Below, one piece after another: positions 30,244 to 41,335 of a stretch of 61,691 bases of DNA (position 1 is its first letter; every line of letters begins with the position of its first letter). Both the position numbers and the translations under genes were made by a program. The notes under the pieces were generated by a model. It was not told the DNA's origin. It saw only the letters and a program-made list of their open reading frames with translations, and did not search any database. Source of the DNA: Bacteroidales bacterium (GTDB taxonomy: Bacteria; Bacteroidota; Bacteroidia; Bacteroidales; VadinHA17). Where the stretch lies: assembly GCA_025455395.1 (NCBI GenBank), contig JALOMO010000023.1, positions 1-61,691 of the forward strand, given 5' to 3'.

Positions 30244-31320
30244 CTATTTTTTCCTGCTTTCGCGGTACTCTGAAAGCAGTTCCTGGAAGACCTCCTTCAC
30301 GGATGATATTTTGGTGGCCCTGTAGGCATTACTGCCGGCAAATGCGAATCCATGTTCAAAGTTGCCTTTGACCGCATTTATAAGTGCAATTACAATGCAA
30401 TATGGACTTTTTGATATGTCACAGGTCTTTATGCATTTAAACGGGCAGGCTTTAGGTTGTTTTTTACCGTCTCTCACTTTCCGGATAAAATTGGAGAGGA
30501 TGGCTCTTCCCGGCATTCCAACCGGACTCTTGATTATTTCGATGTCTTTTTCAACTGCATCGATATATGACTGTTTAAACCCAGGAGAGGCATCACACTC
30601 TTCAGTGGTGACGAACCTGGTTCCAAGCTGAACTCCTGATGCTCCCAGTTTCATAATGTTGTTTATATCTTCACCTGTATAAATTCCCCCTGCTGCGATA
30701 AGTGGTATCGGCTGGTTGTACTGGTCTTCAAAATGTTTCAGTTCACTGACAATTTCAGGAACAAGTTTTTCAAGTGTGTAGTTCTCATCGCTGATCTGAT
30801 CCTCTTTGAACCCCAGGTGTCCTCCTGCCTTTGGCCCTTCGACAATAACCGCGTCGGGCAGGTAGTTAAAATTGGCTTTCCACTTTTCACAGATTATTTT
30901 AACTGCTCTGGCTGATGATACTATTGGTATAAGTTTGGTGGTGCTGTCCTTCTTCAGGAATGAGGGCAGATCAAGCGGAAGTCCCGCTCCTGTTATAAGG
31001 AAATCCACCTTTTCAGAAATGGATGTTTTAATCATATCGACATAATTGGTCATGGCAACCATTACGTTAACCCCGATTACACCGCGTGTTTTTTCCCTTG
31101 CCCTTCGTATTTCCTCCTTAAGACCATGAATACTTGCCTCAAGGTAATTCTCGGAGAATTCCCTGTACAGAAGACCCAGTCCCGCACTTGATATTACTCC
31201 CATTCCGCCTTCATTGGCAACAGCAGCTGCCAGTCCTGAGAGTGAAATACCGACTCCCATACCCCCCTGAATTATCGGCACAGCAATTGTCCGATCCCCG
31301 ATTTTTAATCTTTCCATCAT
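30244..31320 (-). CDS. Nitronate monooxygenase / FabK-like NAD(P)H-dependent flavin oxidoreductase
   Basis: PIIQGGMGVGIS FMN-binding motif, GAGLP, EGPKAGGH, AAGGI.G. 358 aa. Confidence 0.8.
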   Translation of the reverse strand: MMERLKIGDRTIAVPIIQGGMGVGISLSGLAAAVANEGGMGVISSAGLGLLYREFSENYLEASIHGLKEEIRRAREKTRGVIGVNVMVAMTNYVDMIKTSISEKVDFLITGAGLPLDLPSFLKKDSTTKLIPIVSSARAVKIICEKWKANFNYLPDAVIVEGPKAGGHLGFKEDQISDENYTLEKLVPEIVSELKHFEDQYNQPIPLIAAGGIYTGEDINNIMKLGASGVQLGTRFVTTEECDASPGFKQSYIDAVEKDIEIIKSPVGMPGRAILSNFIRKVRDGKKQPKACPFKCIKTCDISKSPYCIVIALINAVKGNFEHGFAFAGSNAYRATKISSVKEVFQELLSEYRESRKK

Positions 31321-31796
31321 TTTATTTTTTTACTTTCCCCTGTAGAGCTTCGTGTGATTCAGATCCGTTCTTCCGAATGCAAATCATCATAACAGGGCCG
31401 ACTGACCTGATTCAGCTCTGATTATTATTCTTATAGTTTGATGTGAAGCCGGGCGCGATATTCTTGTTTTCCCGGATTAAACGAGATCACATACAGACTA
31501 TGCAGGATGCATTGCAGTGATTCACTGAGGACACCTTGCAAATATTGCACAAAGATAATCTAAAAGTTCCATAATCGCCCTGGTGAATCATGTGATGCTC
31601 CTGAAAGGCTTTTATCTGACATCTATATGTCATTATAACAGGTAATTATATAATTGACCAATGAGTTAAAAGTTGTTAATGTATCAAATAATGAAACGGT
31701 GCACAATTTCATTCTTTGAAAAAAGACGATATTTGTTAGTGTTTCTCGTTCTGAAGGGTAAACCATACTCTCTAATAAACAATAACGAATTGCATC

Positions 31797-33008
31797 ATGA
31801 AAAACAGGAACCGTCGCGATTTTCTAAAGAAAAGTTTAATTGGTATTTCGGGAGCTGCTTTGCTGCCGTCATCTGCTGTTATTGCTTCCGGTGTGGAACC
31901 GATACGGGCAAGTGCTGCCGAACTTCCTTCAAGGCTGCTCGGCAGGACAGGTATAAAGACCCCGTTGATAAGCATGGGCACAGGCGGAGCAACAACACCT
32001 GCATTTGTCAGATCAGCCTATGATTCCGGGATCCGATTGTTCTTCTCAGCGACCTATTACGGAGAAGGGAACAATGAGAAACTTGCCGGGGAAGGGTTGA
32101 AAGGACTGCCCCGTGACACTTTTGTTGTCGGAACTGCCGCATGGCCGGCAGAGCTTGACAGTCGCACAGGCGTCATGACCGGCGGTTATAATGCTGAATC
32201 CTATATGAAAAAGGCGGAAGAGAGCCTGAAACGCTTTGGGCTTGACTATATCGATATCTTGCTTCTTCCATATGCAAGTAAGAAAGAGACTGTCATGCAC
32301 GATGGGATATTAAGGACCCTGGAGCAGATCAGGAAACAGGGTAAAGCCCGCTTCATCGGGATCGCCTCCCACAGTGGCACCGAGGAAGCGCTGAACGCCG
32401 CCTCTTCTGCAGGTATTTATGATCTGGCCATGATCTCCTATAATTATAAAATTCAGAACAAACAATCGCTTGATTTCGCTGTTTCAAATGCCGTTAAATC
32501 AGGCATGGGTATCATAGCAATGAAAACAACAGCAGGTGCTTCGCGTCAGAAATCCGGACCCCCTCTGAACACTGACGCTGCTCTTAAATGGGTTTTGCAA
32601 AATGAGAAGATTGGTACCATTGTTTCAGGAATGTCTTCACAGGAAGAACTGAAGAAGAACCTTTCGATGATTCAAAACCTGAAAATGACTGAGCAGGAGC
32701 TGAAAGACCTTAATCTTGCAGCGATTGAATCCGGAACAGGTCTATATTGCCAGCAATGCAACCATTGTGTTCCCCAATGCCCTCATAATATCGACATACC
32801 TACCTTAATGCGAAGCTACATGTATGCTTACGGATATAAGAACCTTGAGCAGGCCTGGCATACCCTGGCCGAAGCCCGGCTGGCTGACAATCCGTGTGAC
32901 AGGTGCGTAAAATGCAACGTTATTTGCAGTGCAGGATTTGATGTAAAAAACAAGATACAGGATATCGCCCGGCTGAAACATGTGCCGATGGATTTTATCG
33001 TGGGTTAA
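31797..33008 (+). CDS. Aldo/keto reductase with a C-terminal Fe-S domain and a twin-arginine signal
   Basis: N-terminal NRRDFLKKSLIGISGAALL is a Tat motif. AKR core. C-terminal CQQCNHCVPQCP and CDRCVKCNVIC are ferredoxin-type Cys motifs. Confidence 0.8.
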   Translation: MKNRNRRDFLKKSLIGISGAALLPSSAVIASGVEPIRASAAELPSRLLGRTGIKTPLISMGTGGATTPAFVRSAYDSGIRLFFSATYYGEGNNEKLAGEGLKGLPRDTFVVGTAAWPAELDSRTGVMTGGYNAESYMKKAEESLKRFGLDYIDILLLPYASKKETVMHDGILRTLEQIRKQGKARFIGIASHSGTEEALNAASSAGIYDLAMISYNYKIQNKQSLDFAVSNAVKSGMGIIAMKTTAGASRQKSGPPLNTDAALKWVLQNEKIGTIVSGMSSQEELKKNLSMIQNLKMTEQELKDLNLAAIESGTGLYCQQCNHCVPQCPHNIDIPTLMRSYMYAYGYKNLEQAWHTLAEARLADNPCDRCVKCNVICSAGFDVKNKIQDIARLKHVPMDFIVG

Positions 33009-33097
33009 TTATTTTGCGAACCTGATTAAGTCATGAATTACCTTAAGCTGAATTAACTCTCATCTTTAATGTCATATCCAAACCAGTTGAACCAGTC

Positions 33098-34198
33098 ATG
33101 AGAATCATTCTATTTTTTTTTCTCTCTTTTACCATTTTATCTCCGGAGTGTTATTGTCAGGTAATCCTTGAGGATATATTTCAGAAAAAGCTTGACGATC
33201 AGGTAAATGATATGGTTCCAGGGATCCTGGCTCATATTGAAAGCCCTGACAGAAGTATTTCATGGAGCGGAGCATCGGGTTTCTCAGACAGAGTCAGTAA
33301 AACAAAACTAAACCCATCTCAGTCATTCAGGATTGCCAGTGTAACCAAGACCTTCGTTGCTGCCACGATATTGCGTTTGTGGGAAGATAATAGACTTTCA
33401 CTTGATGACCTCCTGGCCATGTATATTTCAAATGAGCATGCAGGAATTCTCAGCCGTGGCGGATACGATATGAATACTATAACGCTCAGGCATTTGCTGA
33501 CACATTCATCAGGCCTTTATGATCATGCGCAGTCAGATGAATTTATGAAAAGAATACTGACCGATCCTGAACATGAGTGGACAAGAAGAGAGCAGATAGA
33601 GTCGGCAATAGCATGGGGAAAACCTGTGGGTTATGCAGGGGAAAAGTTCAGCTATTCTGATACAGGATACATACTGCTGGGAGAGGTCATTGAAAATATT
33701 ACGGGAAAAAGCCTTAATGATGCTATTATTGAAGTGCTTGATTTAAGGGGTCTTGGCATAAAGAATACAATATTTGAGGGGTTCAGGCCTCCTGACAGGG
33801 AGGATAGGATTCATCAATACTACAACGGGATAGATACATACGATTTTAATCCCTCGATAGATTTTTACGGAGGCGGCGGATTAATTTCCACCACCTCTGA
33901 CCTTGCAGCCTTCTTCCAGTGCCTGTTCAACAACAAGGTGTTTCTGAATAAGTCGACACTCGATACTATGCTCTATCAGCCGCAATATGAGAGTGCGCCT
34001 TCAATGGATTACAGGATTGGCATTTTCCGCATTCTTATCAATGACATAGAAGCTTATACCCATACAGGTTTCTGGGGAACGCAGGTAGTTTATATCCCTT
34101 CCATGAACACGACTATCGCAGTAAACTACAGCCAGAGATGGGTTACAAAGGGCCCCGCTCCCATTATATCCCAAATTTTAGCCCTGCTTGGAAATTAA
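33098..34198 (+). CDS. Serine hydrolase (beta-lactamase / D-Ala-D-Ala carboxypeptidase class C family)
   Basis: Signal peptide. S-x-x-K motif in FRIASVTKTF. YSDTGY block. HTG near the C-terminus. Confidence 0.85.
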   Translation: MRIILFFFLSFTILSPECYCQVILEDIFQKKLDDQVNDMVPGILAHIESPDRSISWSGASGFSDRVSKTKLNPSQSFRIASVTKTFVAATILRLWEDNRLSLDDLLAMYISNEHAGILSRGGYDMNTITLRHLLTHSSGLYDHAQSDEFMKRILTDPEHEWTRREQIESAIAWGKPVGYAGEKFSYSDTGYILLGEVIENITGKSLNDAIIEVLDLRGLGIKNTIFEGFRPPDREDRIHQYYNGIDTYDFNPSIDFYGGGGLISTTSDLAAFFQCLFNNKVFLNKSTLDTMLYQPQYESAPSMDYRIGIFRILINDIEAYTHTGFWGTQVVYIPSMNTTIAVNYSQRWVTKGPAPIISQILALLGN

Positions 34199-34347
34199 TT
34201 TGCATAGATGATGGGTTGCCCTGTCATAGCAATGATGTAAATGGCTGATAGCAAGTGGTATAATTCCGCCCTGACTATATTAGTATCAATTTATATCCAA
34301 GAGAACAACCATTTTCATACTTTTGCAGCCCAATAGTAAAAAGTATA

Positions 34348-36153
34348 ATGGAAGAAATCAGAAATATAGCCGTTATTGCACACGTTGACCACGGAAAAAC
34401 GACGCTAGTTGACCGCATACTATACCAGGTCAAGCTTTTCCGTGAAAACCAGGTCATGGGCGACCTGATACTTGACAGTAACGACCTTGAAAAGGAGAGG
34501 GGCATCACAATACTTTCAAAAAATGTCTCTGTGCGTTATAAGAATGTCAAGATAAATATTATTGACACTCCGGGCCACTCTGACTTCGGGGGTGAGGTTG
34601 AGAGGGTTCTTAACATGGCGGAGGGTGTGCTGTTGATTGTCGATGCGTTTGAAGGACCGATGCCACAAACACGTTTTGTGCTTCAGAAAGCCCTTGAACT
34701 GGGACTAAAGCCAATTGTTGTTATAAATAAGGTTGACAAGCCAAACTGCAAGCCTGAGGAGGCACAGGAGAGCGTTTTCGACCTTATGCACAGTCTTAAT
34801 GCAACGGAAGATCAGCTCGACTTTCCTACGGTATACGGTTCATCAAAACAGGGATGGATGGGTCCGGAATGGTCTGAACCGACAACTGATGTAAGTTACC
34901 TACTTGATACAATAATAGAGCATATACCGCCTGCTAAAATGGTGGAGGGTACTCTGCAGATGAGGATATCATCACTTGATTATTCATCCTATATGGGTCG
35001 TATTGCCGTTGGAAAGATAAGCAGGGGTATATTGATGCCCGGAAGCCAGGTCTCGCTTATCAAACGCGATGGGTCGGTATTGAAAAACACAATCAAGGAG
35101 GTATATCTCTTTGAGGGGCTGGGCAAGGAGAAGACAAAGAAACCTGTGCGGTCTGGTGAGATCTGCGCCCTGTTCGGTATCGAGGATTTTGAGATCGGAG
35201 ACACCATCGCCGATGCATTTGACCCTGAAGGTCTTTCGCATATCCAGGTAGACGAACCAACAATGAGTATGCTCTTTACTTCAAATAACTCACCCTTTTT
35301 CGGCCGTGAAGGTACCCTTGTCACCTCTCGCCAGCTGAGAGAGCGGCTCTTCAGGGAGACCGAAAAGAATCTTGCCCTTAAGGTTGAAGAGACCGGATCG
35401 TCAGAGGCTTTCATGGTTTATGGAAGAGGCATCCTTCATCTGTCTATTCTTATTGAAACAATGCGTCGTGAGGGTTTTGAGATACAGGTGGGCCAGCCAA
35501 AGGTCCTGCTGCGCGAAATTGAAGGGAAAAAGCATGAACCAATAGAGGCTCTTACTGTGCAGGTACCGGAGAATTTCGCAGGCAAGGTGATTGAACAGGT
35601 TACACAGCGTAAGGGAGAGATCATCAACATTGAGATAAAAAATGATAGAGCCTATCTAGATTTTAAGATCCCCGCGAGAGGTATAATTGGTCTGAGGAAC
35701 CAGGTGCTTACCGTGACTGAAGGGGAAGCAGTCATGGCTCATCGATTTGACTCTTACGAACCGTGGAAAGGTGAGATGACTGTGAAACGCAACGGGTCAC
35801 TCATTGCCATGGAGACAGGTAATGCTGCGGCATATGCAATAGACAAGCTTCAGGACCGCGGGCGATTTTTCATATTCCCCGGGGAGGATGTGTACATGGG
35901 CCAGGTAATAGGTGAGGCTAATCGTCAGGATGATATCACTGTCAACGTGACAAAGACCAAAAAACTGACCAACATGAGGGCCTCCGGCTCAGATGATAAG
36001 GCTCTGCTTACACCGCCGATTCGTTTTTCTCTTGAAGAGGCAATGGAATATATTGCGTCTGATGAGTACATAGAGATCACGCCAAGGTCAATGCGGCTGA
36101 GAAAGATCATGCTGAATGAGAATGATCGCAAACGGGCAAGGAATCAGGAATAA
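34348..36153 (+). CDS. typA: Translational GTPase TypA/BipA
   Basis: [33 protein letters not shown] and NKVD G-motifs. EF-G-like domains. 601 aa. Confidence 0.95.
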   Translation: MEEIRNIAVIAHVDHGKTTLVDRILYQVKLFRENQVMGDLILDSNDLEKERGITILSKNVSVRYKNVKINIIDTPGHSDFGGEVERVLNMAEGVLLIVDAFEGPMPQTRFVLQKALELGLKPIVVINKVDKPNCKPEEAQESVFDLMHSLNATEDQLDFPTVYGSSKQGWMGPEWSEPTTDVSYLLDTIIEHIPPAKMVEGTLQMRISSLDYSSYMGRIAVGKISRGILMPGSQVSLIKRDGSVLKNTIKEVYLFEGLGKEKTKKPVRSGEICALFGIEDFEIGDTIADAFDPEGLSHIQVDEPTMSMLFTSNNSPFFGREGTLVTSRQLRERLFRETEKNLALKVEETGSSEAFMVYGRGILHLSILIETMRREGFEIQVGQPKVLLREIEGKKHEPIEALTVQVPENFAGKVIEQVTQRKGEIINIEIKNDRAYLDFKIPARGIIGLRNQVLTVTEGEAVMAHRFDSYEPWKGEMTVKRNGSLIAMETGNAAAYAIDKLQDRGRFFIFPGEDVYMGQVIGEANRQDDITVNVTKTKKLTNMRASGSDDKALLTPPIRFSLEEAMEYIASDEYIEITPRSMRLRKIMLNENDRKRARNQE

Positions 36154-36191
36154 GAGGTTATTCTGATCGGGGAGGTCACCAGACTGAATAA

Positions 36192-36224
36192 AAAAAAGCC
36201 GGACCTTTATGGAACCGGCTTTTT
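36192..36224. terminator. Bidirectional intrinsic terminator
   Basis: AAAAGCCGG-A-CC(TTTAT)GG-A-CCGGCTTTT is flanked by an A-run upstream and a T-run downstream. It sits between convergent typA and the 36246-36641 gene. Confidence 0.65.
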
Positions 36225-36245
36225 CGCTCAGCCTTCTTTATGTGG

Positions 36246-36641
36246 CTAACGACCAGGTCCGCCTTTTCCCGGAGTGGCTGCGGGAGCCTGCATGCCACCT
36301 TTTTTTGGTTTGGCTGCTTTCTGCTTCTTAGGTTTGGCAGCCTTCTTGTCTTCACCCTGCATCTTGGCCTGGGTGCTTACTGCCTCACCCTTGCCAGGTC
36401 CTGACTGTGTCGCTTTGGCTGTCTCACTGACCACTTCACCCTGATTCTGTGTCCTGGTCTGGGTCTGGGTCATGATCGGATCACCGCTCTGTTCTTTAAC
36501 CTGAGCTTGTTCCTGCACCTGTACCTGTTCCTTTGCCTGGGTTTTTGCCTGTTTTTTTGTTTTGGTCTGTGTAGCTTCCTGGGCTGTTACACTTACACTT
36601 ATCAGAAGTGCCATTGCGCCCAAAAGAATTTCTCTTTTCAT
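36246..36641 (-). CDS. Small secreted low-complexity (Q/K/T/A-rich) protein
   Basis: Signal peptide MKREILLGAMALLISVSVTAQ. QAKTQAKEQVQVQEQAQVKEQ repeats, 2x AAKPKK, C-terminal PGKGGPGR. Last gene of the DUF4249 operon. Coding status rests on the signal peptide and the paralogue at 47066-47443. Confidence 0.5.
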   Translation of the reverse strand: MKREILLGAMALLISVSVTAQEATQTKTKKQAKTQAKEQVQVQEQAQVKEQSGDPIMTQTQTRTQNQGEVVSETAKATQSGPGKGEAVSTQAKMQGEDKKAAKPKKQKAAKPKKGGMQAPAATPGKGGPGR

Positions 36642-36760
36642 CTCATTAATTTTTAAGTTTATAAGTCATTAACAGATCAAAAGTATGCCCGTGAAGATGA
36701 ATGTATAATGAAATTTCAGGAAAAATAGAAGAAAAATTTCCGTTAAGGTCGATGAGGGGA

Positions 36761-39136
36761 TTATTTTACAGAAATAACAGCCCTTGCGCTCCCTTTGTGC
36801 CCCCCGTAGGTAAAACCTTCAACAATTATATTATAGGTACCGGGCTCATCTGATGTGAAGAATTCAACAGTAGCTGTTCCGTTATTGTCAGTCCTGATCC
36901 ACGGATTCCAGTAAAGCGTATTCCTGAAATCAGGAATACGGCTCTCCTTCTGTGAGACAGTTGAGTAGTCCGGAGAGTGGAAGATATCGGCAGTCTGAAG
37001 TGATTCAAATTCCTGTCTGAATACCGGTCTGTCAAACTCAGGTACGCCCAATCTGCCTTCCTTGGTGGTAAAATCAACAATCCCTTCAAGAACCATATCT
37101 TTTATGAAATATCTGGAATACAGCACCTTAATCATCTCAATTTCATCAGGCTTGATTTTCAGGACGGCATCATGATCATGTACAGGGACTCCGTCAACCA
37201 TCACAAAAGGATTTGCTGAGACCGACTGTTCAGGAGTTCTGTAGATAAGATTAAAGTAGTTCTTGTCCTTCCGCGAAAATGTGGTCAGATCCGGCACAAG
37301 TTCTTTAATTACCTCTTTTAGTGAGGTTAAATCTATATATGTTGATAAACGAATCTCTTCATCAGGTTCCCCATAGAATGCAGTAGCACCGGTTGTTCTC
37401 TGAAAGCTTGCCGGGCGGGGCTGCAACGGTTCATAAAGAGCCTGAACCTGCATGGCAATAATTGCATTGTTGATGCCTTCCAGCCTTGTTGTATCAATGA
37501 ACAAAGGAGCAGCTTTGTATTCATTTAAAAGCTCAGGAAAGGGGTTAATCAGATCAATAAAGTAATCTGACAGGTCGGGGCGTAATGGCTGAATAACTAT
37601 CTCATGTCTGCCTGATTCGCTAACAATAAACTGAAAGTAACCGTTATTGTCAGTCCTGGTGAACCTGCAGAGGGCCGGGGAGCCGACAAAGGCAAACACT
37701 ATATTCTCATTCTGAAGTGGTTCTCCCGTAACTGTACTCTTAATGTTCCCGCGAATAATATGTCCTTCAATCTCAGGCAGATATCGGGGTTCTTCCGGAA
37801 AAGTATCATTTGATTTAATGATACCATCTTCATCTTTATAAAATATCAGCTGGTCATTGATATCCGCATATTCTGATCTGCAGTTCATTGCCACATATCC
37901 GGGCAACTGCACAAAGCTGCTGAGGTTGTTTTGAGGTCTCTCTTCGGTAAACGATTTGACAACCGAAGCAATGATGTCACTTTCAGCCGGATTGCCATCA
38001 GGATCAGTTATATAGATATTCAGTCTTACCTTCTCCCTTGTCAGATACTCACTTTTTTCTGCCTTCACACTGATATGTGCTGCGAGAGGTTTGTTATAAA
38101 TCAATCTTTTTGCCAGTATCTGCTCCCGGTCATCAGTCATCATAAGGGTTGAAAGACCGGCCGGAAGGCTGTTTTTGATGACTATAAGCTCTGTCTCCAT
38201 ATCAGGGTCAACTTCCCTTATGAACGGAGATGTTGCGACCGGATCTGAAATAAGGTAGAATCGTCTGCCTGAACTGACAAAGCCAGGCCCTTTAAGTATC
38301 CTGAAACTTAGCAGGTCATCATCTTTGTGTTTCAGGAATGAAAAGGAGATAGCTGACTCACTTGCCGGCGGAAGAGAAAATCTTCTGCCAGGTGACATAT
38401 CTGCCTCTGGTACAAGGTACAGAGGATTATTACTTTGGGGAGTCAATGAGAAAAGACCATAACCTGAATCATCAGACTCTACTTCAAAGAGAGTTTTTTC
38501 CGCGTCAGTTATTCTTCCTTTAATTCTGACGGGATACCCGTTCTTATCCAGGCACATGAAACCCACTTTATTTTCGGTTCCGGAAATAATTCTTCCACCT
38601 TCGGGGAAGAAGATTACGGTGTCAGGATATGACGACCTGATAGGTATTGAAGCCTTCTCAAGGTTTTCAAAAGGATTGATGACAGATATTGTTTTATAGG
38701 AGAACAGGTTCGGTGAGAAATTCTGCATCCAGTGAGTGCAGGACGACAGATAGTAATTTCCCGAGGCTATCGTTTCCGGAAGGTCTATCTGTCCGGATGC
38801 CGAGAAGCCGTTAACCCCAAGTTTGACCTGGGTAACTGGATTATTCAGATTGTCGAGGAGACTGACATATATGACCTTGCTGATATGTGAAGGTTTGTTA
38901 GTCAGCCGGTTCAGGCAGAATATCTTGATTTGGACTGTTTCTCCCGATATATAGAGATCACGGTCTGTCTGAACATAGAGTTCCTCACTGAACTTATCCC
39001 GGTCATATTTAATAATTTCCTGCGGTACAGTCTGGCATGATGACCGTAGGGATAAAAAACTTAAAACTGCAACAAAGCATATAAAATGTCCGGCAAGTGA
39101 GATGTAAGTTAGATTATTGTAAAGCTGTTTCTTCAT
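36761..39136 (-). CDS. Large secreted protein with MG2-like, CarboxypepD_reg-like and Plug-like segments but no barrel
   Basis: N-terminal YVQTDRDLYISGETVQIKIF resembles an alpha-2-macroglobulin MG2 motif. NENIVFAFVG...TDNNGYFQF is CarboxypepD_reg-like. FVMVDGVPV...IKPDEIEMIKVL...GIVDFTTKEG is TonB-Plug-like. At 791 aa it is too short to also hold a 22-strand barrel. Confidence 0.55.
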   Translation of the reverse strand: MKKQLYNNLTYISLAGHFICFVAVLSFLSLRSSCQTVPQEIIKYDRDKFSEELYVQTDRDLYISGETVQIKIFCLNRLTNKPSHISKVIYVSLLDNLNNPVTQVKLGVNGFSASGQIDLPETIASGNYYLSSCTHWMQNFSPNLFSYKTISVINPFENLEKASIPIRSSYPDTVIFFPEGGRIISGTENKVGFMCLDKNGYPVRIKGRITDAEKTLFEVESDDSGYGLFSLTPQSNNPLYLVPEADMSPGRRFSLPPASESAISFSFLKHKDDDLLSFRILKGPGFVSSGRRFYLISDPVATSPFIREVDPDMETELIVIKNSLPAGLSTLMMTDDREQILAKRLIYNKPLAAHISVKAEKSEYLTREKVRLNIYITDPDGNPAESDIIASVVKSFTEERPQNNLSSFVQLPGYVAMNCRSEYADINDQLIFYKDEDGIIKSNDTFPEEPRYLPEIEGHIIRGNIKSTVTGEPLQNENIVFAFVGSPALCRFTRTDNNGYFQFIVSESGRHEIVIQPLRPDLSDYFIDLINPFPELLNEYKAAPLFIDTTRLEGINNAIIAMQVQALYEPLQPRPASFQRTTGATAFYGEPDEEIRLSTYIDLTSLKEVIKELVPDLTTFSRKDKNYFNLIYRTPEQSVSANPFVMVDGVPVHDHDAVLKIKPDEIEMIKVLYSRYFIKDMVLEGIVDFTTKEGRLGVPEFDRPVFRQEFESLQTADIFHSPDYSTVSQKESRIPDFRNTLYWNPWIRTDNNGTATVEFFTSDEPGTYNIIVEGFTYGGHKGSARAVISVK

Positions 39137-39148
39137 GAGAGGCTGATT

Positions 39149-40366
39149 TTATAGGTCGACCCAGAAATCAGGCTTTTCGGGATTGCCTGTGAGCGTACAG
39201 TCAGCGCAGACATTCCTCACAAAAATCAGTTTGATAAGCTGCCCGCGCTCATTATACGAGGGCTGGACGAAGGTATAATTCAGTTGGACAAAATATTCGT
39301 ATACCTTATCGAATGTTATGGGCTCCGGAATCATCAGTGTTTCCGGATCTCCGGGCCCAACCATTAATATATCACAATCATAGGAATAAAGTTCCACATC
39401 GAGCAAATCAACCTCTTTCCGTGTCAGGTATTCTCTTGCTTTCCTGACGGAAGAAACCTGAAAGTATCCCAGTACCTTCTCCTCAGGTTTACTTATGCAG
39501 TGAATATTGCTGACTATAGGGAATGGCTGCTTGTCGAATATATCACCACCGGCATCATTTATCTGTATCATATGATCCCAGAATTCAAATTCACTGGCTG
39601 ATAGTGAATACTGTGTAATTTCAACGCAGTATTGTACAAGCAACCTGTTTGATTCCCTGGAAGGAATGAAAAATACGGGTTTTTTAACAAAGGATCCTCC
39701 CACGTAGGTCTCTGCAGGCTGGATCAGTATCTCCTCTGATATGTTGTTGTTCCAGCATGTGATGTTTGTCAAAGGTATTTTATATATGTTGTTCTGGTTA
39801 ACATACTCATAGTCCTTCGGAACGGGAATGTTGAATTTCCACCATTCCTTATATGACCACCTGAAATAGTCATTTCCAGCCGGCTCTTTTGAATCGATAT
39901 AGACCCTTACTCCCTCCTGAACCTCACCGTTATCAAGAGTCACCCAATCCTTGCCAAAATAGAGGCTGTCAATTTCGGGGACCTCGTACATTGTACAGGG
40001 CTCAGATTCATATTCAGTGCCATCACCTGCAGTGATAAACAATGTATATGACCTGCCCGGCACCCCCCTGAATGTTAGGCTGTCTGATTTATACAGTCCG
40101 TCAGAAGTCTCCTCAAAAACTGCAATGTTCCCTTCATTATCCTTCAATTTCACTGTAGCTCCGGAAAACTTTTCAGGCGGGGCATTGATGGATTCAATGG
40201 TCCTTGTGAGCCTTACGTAATTTGATGCATCTTCATCAGTAAGCAATGCATCAACCACCAGTAGTGACTGATAGTCTTTAAGTTCCGGATTGTAGGGTTC
40301 AACACAGGTAAAGAGTGTTCCGGAAATGATTAAAATCCAAAGAGGTTTATAATATTTTCCTTTCAT
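39149..40366 (-). CDS. DUF4249-like lipoprotein
   Basis: Lipobox GTLFTC. The CVEPYNPEL...LLVVDALLTDE...VRLTRT N-terminal pattern is typical of DUF4249 proteins found beside Bacteroidota TonB receptors. It lies 12 nt upstream of the next gene. Confidence 0.6.
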   Translation of the reverse strand: MKGKYYKPLWILIISGTLFTCVEPYNPELKDYQSLLVVDALLTDEDASNYVRLTRTIESINAPPEKFSGATVKLKDNEGNIAVFEETSDGLYKSDSLTFRGVPGRSYTLFITAGDGTEYESEPCTMYEVPEIDSLYFGKDWVTLDNGEVQEGVRVYIDSKEPAGNDYFRWSYKEWWKFNIPVPKDYEYVNQNNIYKIPLTNITCWNNNISEEILIQPAETYVGGSFVKKPVFFIPSRESNRLLVQYCVEITQYSLSASEFEFWDHMIQINDAGGDIFDKQPFPIVSNIHCISKPEEKVLGYFQVSSVRKAREYLTRKEVDLLDVELYSYDCDILMVGPGDPETLMIPEPITFDKVYEYFVQLNYTFVQPSYNERGQLIKLIFVRNVCADCTLTGNPEKPDFWVDL

Positions 40367-40543
40367 GCCTCTCTGCCGGATTTATCAAAGATTTTAAATT
40401 AATCTGGTTAACAAATAACAAAAACTGAGTTGAGTTGTTCAACTTAAAATGATCAGTTTTGAACTGCTTCACCTGTTAAAAACTACAGGGGCAATAAAAT
40501 GATAAAGATAATATATGATCTTTACATTTAAAATGACAGGTCA

Positions 40544-41332
40544 ATGTGCATTATAGGCAGAAATATTCTCATCCTGACTCTGTTGTTCACCTCATTTGAA
40601 GTAAATGCCCAGCAGAGGTTTCCTTTCATTGAACCGGACGCAGTACAGGTGTTTGGTGAACTTGAGAGGGCCCAGGTTGACCATCTCACAAACCTTTATC
40701 TTAAGAACACCACTTATCCGAGAGATTTGATCCATGGCAGGGAATACATAAGGTACTGGTATAATTCGAAGGATAACCCGTTATTACGATCCGACGAAGA
40801 GCGTTCCGCTTCAATTGTTTTCAGGGGAAGAAGCTATGATAATATAGTACTTCAATATGACACCTTTACAGACCAGGTCATTTATACCGACGATACTCTG
40901 ATCTTCAACAACAGGATGTGGCAGGTGGCACTCAACGGTGATTACATTGAACGGTTTGACCTTCGCTTCGGGAATGAAATTTTAAGATTCAGATACTTCA
41001 GAAAGGAGCAGGATTCTACCTTTAACCTGCAGGATGGCATCTACGAAGTAGTTTATGACAATGCATGCAAATATATCATCAGGCATATTTCAACAAGGGC
41101 CATTATTGATGGGGTCGATGAGTACACCTACGCTCCTGTCGGGTATATCAAGGTCAGCAACGGGTATTCGGAGATCAGCTCGAAAGAACAGTTTTTAAGG
41201 CTTTTTGGCGACAGATATGCTGAAGTGAGGCAGCTGATTCGCCATAACAATATAAGAATTCGCAAACCGGACAAATGGCAGATAGCTGAAGTTCTGAAGT
41301 ATTACGAGGAGCTGAATCATATTTCTCAGTGA
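40544..41332 (+). CDS. Hypothetical secreted protein, co-transcribed with the TonB receptor
   Basis: Signal peptide ...LLFTSFEVNAQ. 262 aa. The stop is 3 nt before the receptor start. No family recognised. Confidence 0.5.
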   Translation: MCIIGRNILILTLLFTSFEVNAQQRFPFIEPDAVQVFGELERAQVDHLTNLYLKNTTYPRDLIHGREYIRYWYNSKDNPLLRSDEERSASIVFRGRSYDNIVLQYDTFTDQVIYTDDTLIFNNRMWQVALNGDYIERFDLRFGNEILRFRYFRKEQDSTFNLQDGIYEVVYDNACKYIIRHISTRAIIDGVDEYTYAPVGYIKVSNGYSEISSKEQFLRLFGDRYAEVRQLIRHNNIRIRKPDKWQIAEVLKYYEELNHISQ

Positions 41333-41335
41333 AAG

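Noticed and set aside
31321-31796. 476-nt non-coding gap, and ORF 31673-32023, examined for a riboswitch, sRNA, tRNA or degraded gene
   Set aside because: I could identify no cloverleaf, conserved riboswitch core or extended stem structure by eye. ORF 31673-32023 overlaps the AKR start in another frame and looks spurious. A covariance-model scan (Rfam) would be needed to exclude an RNA element.
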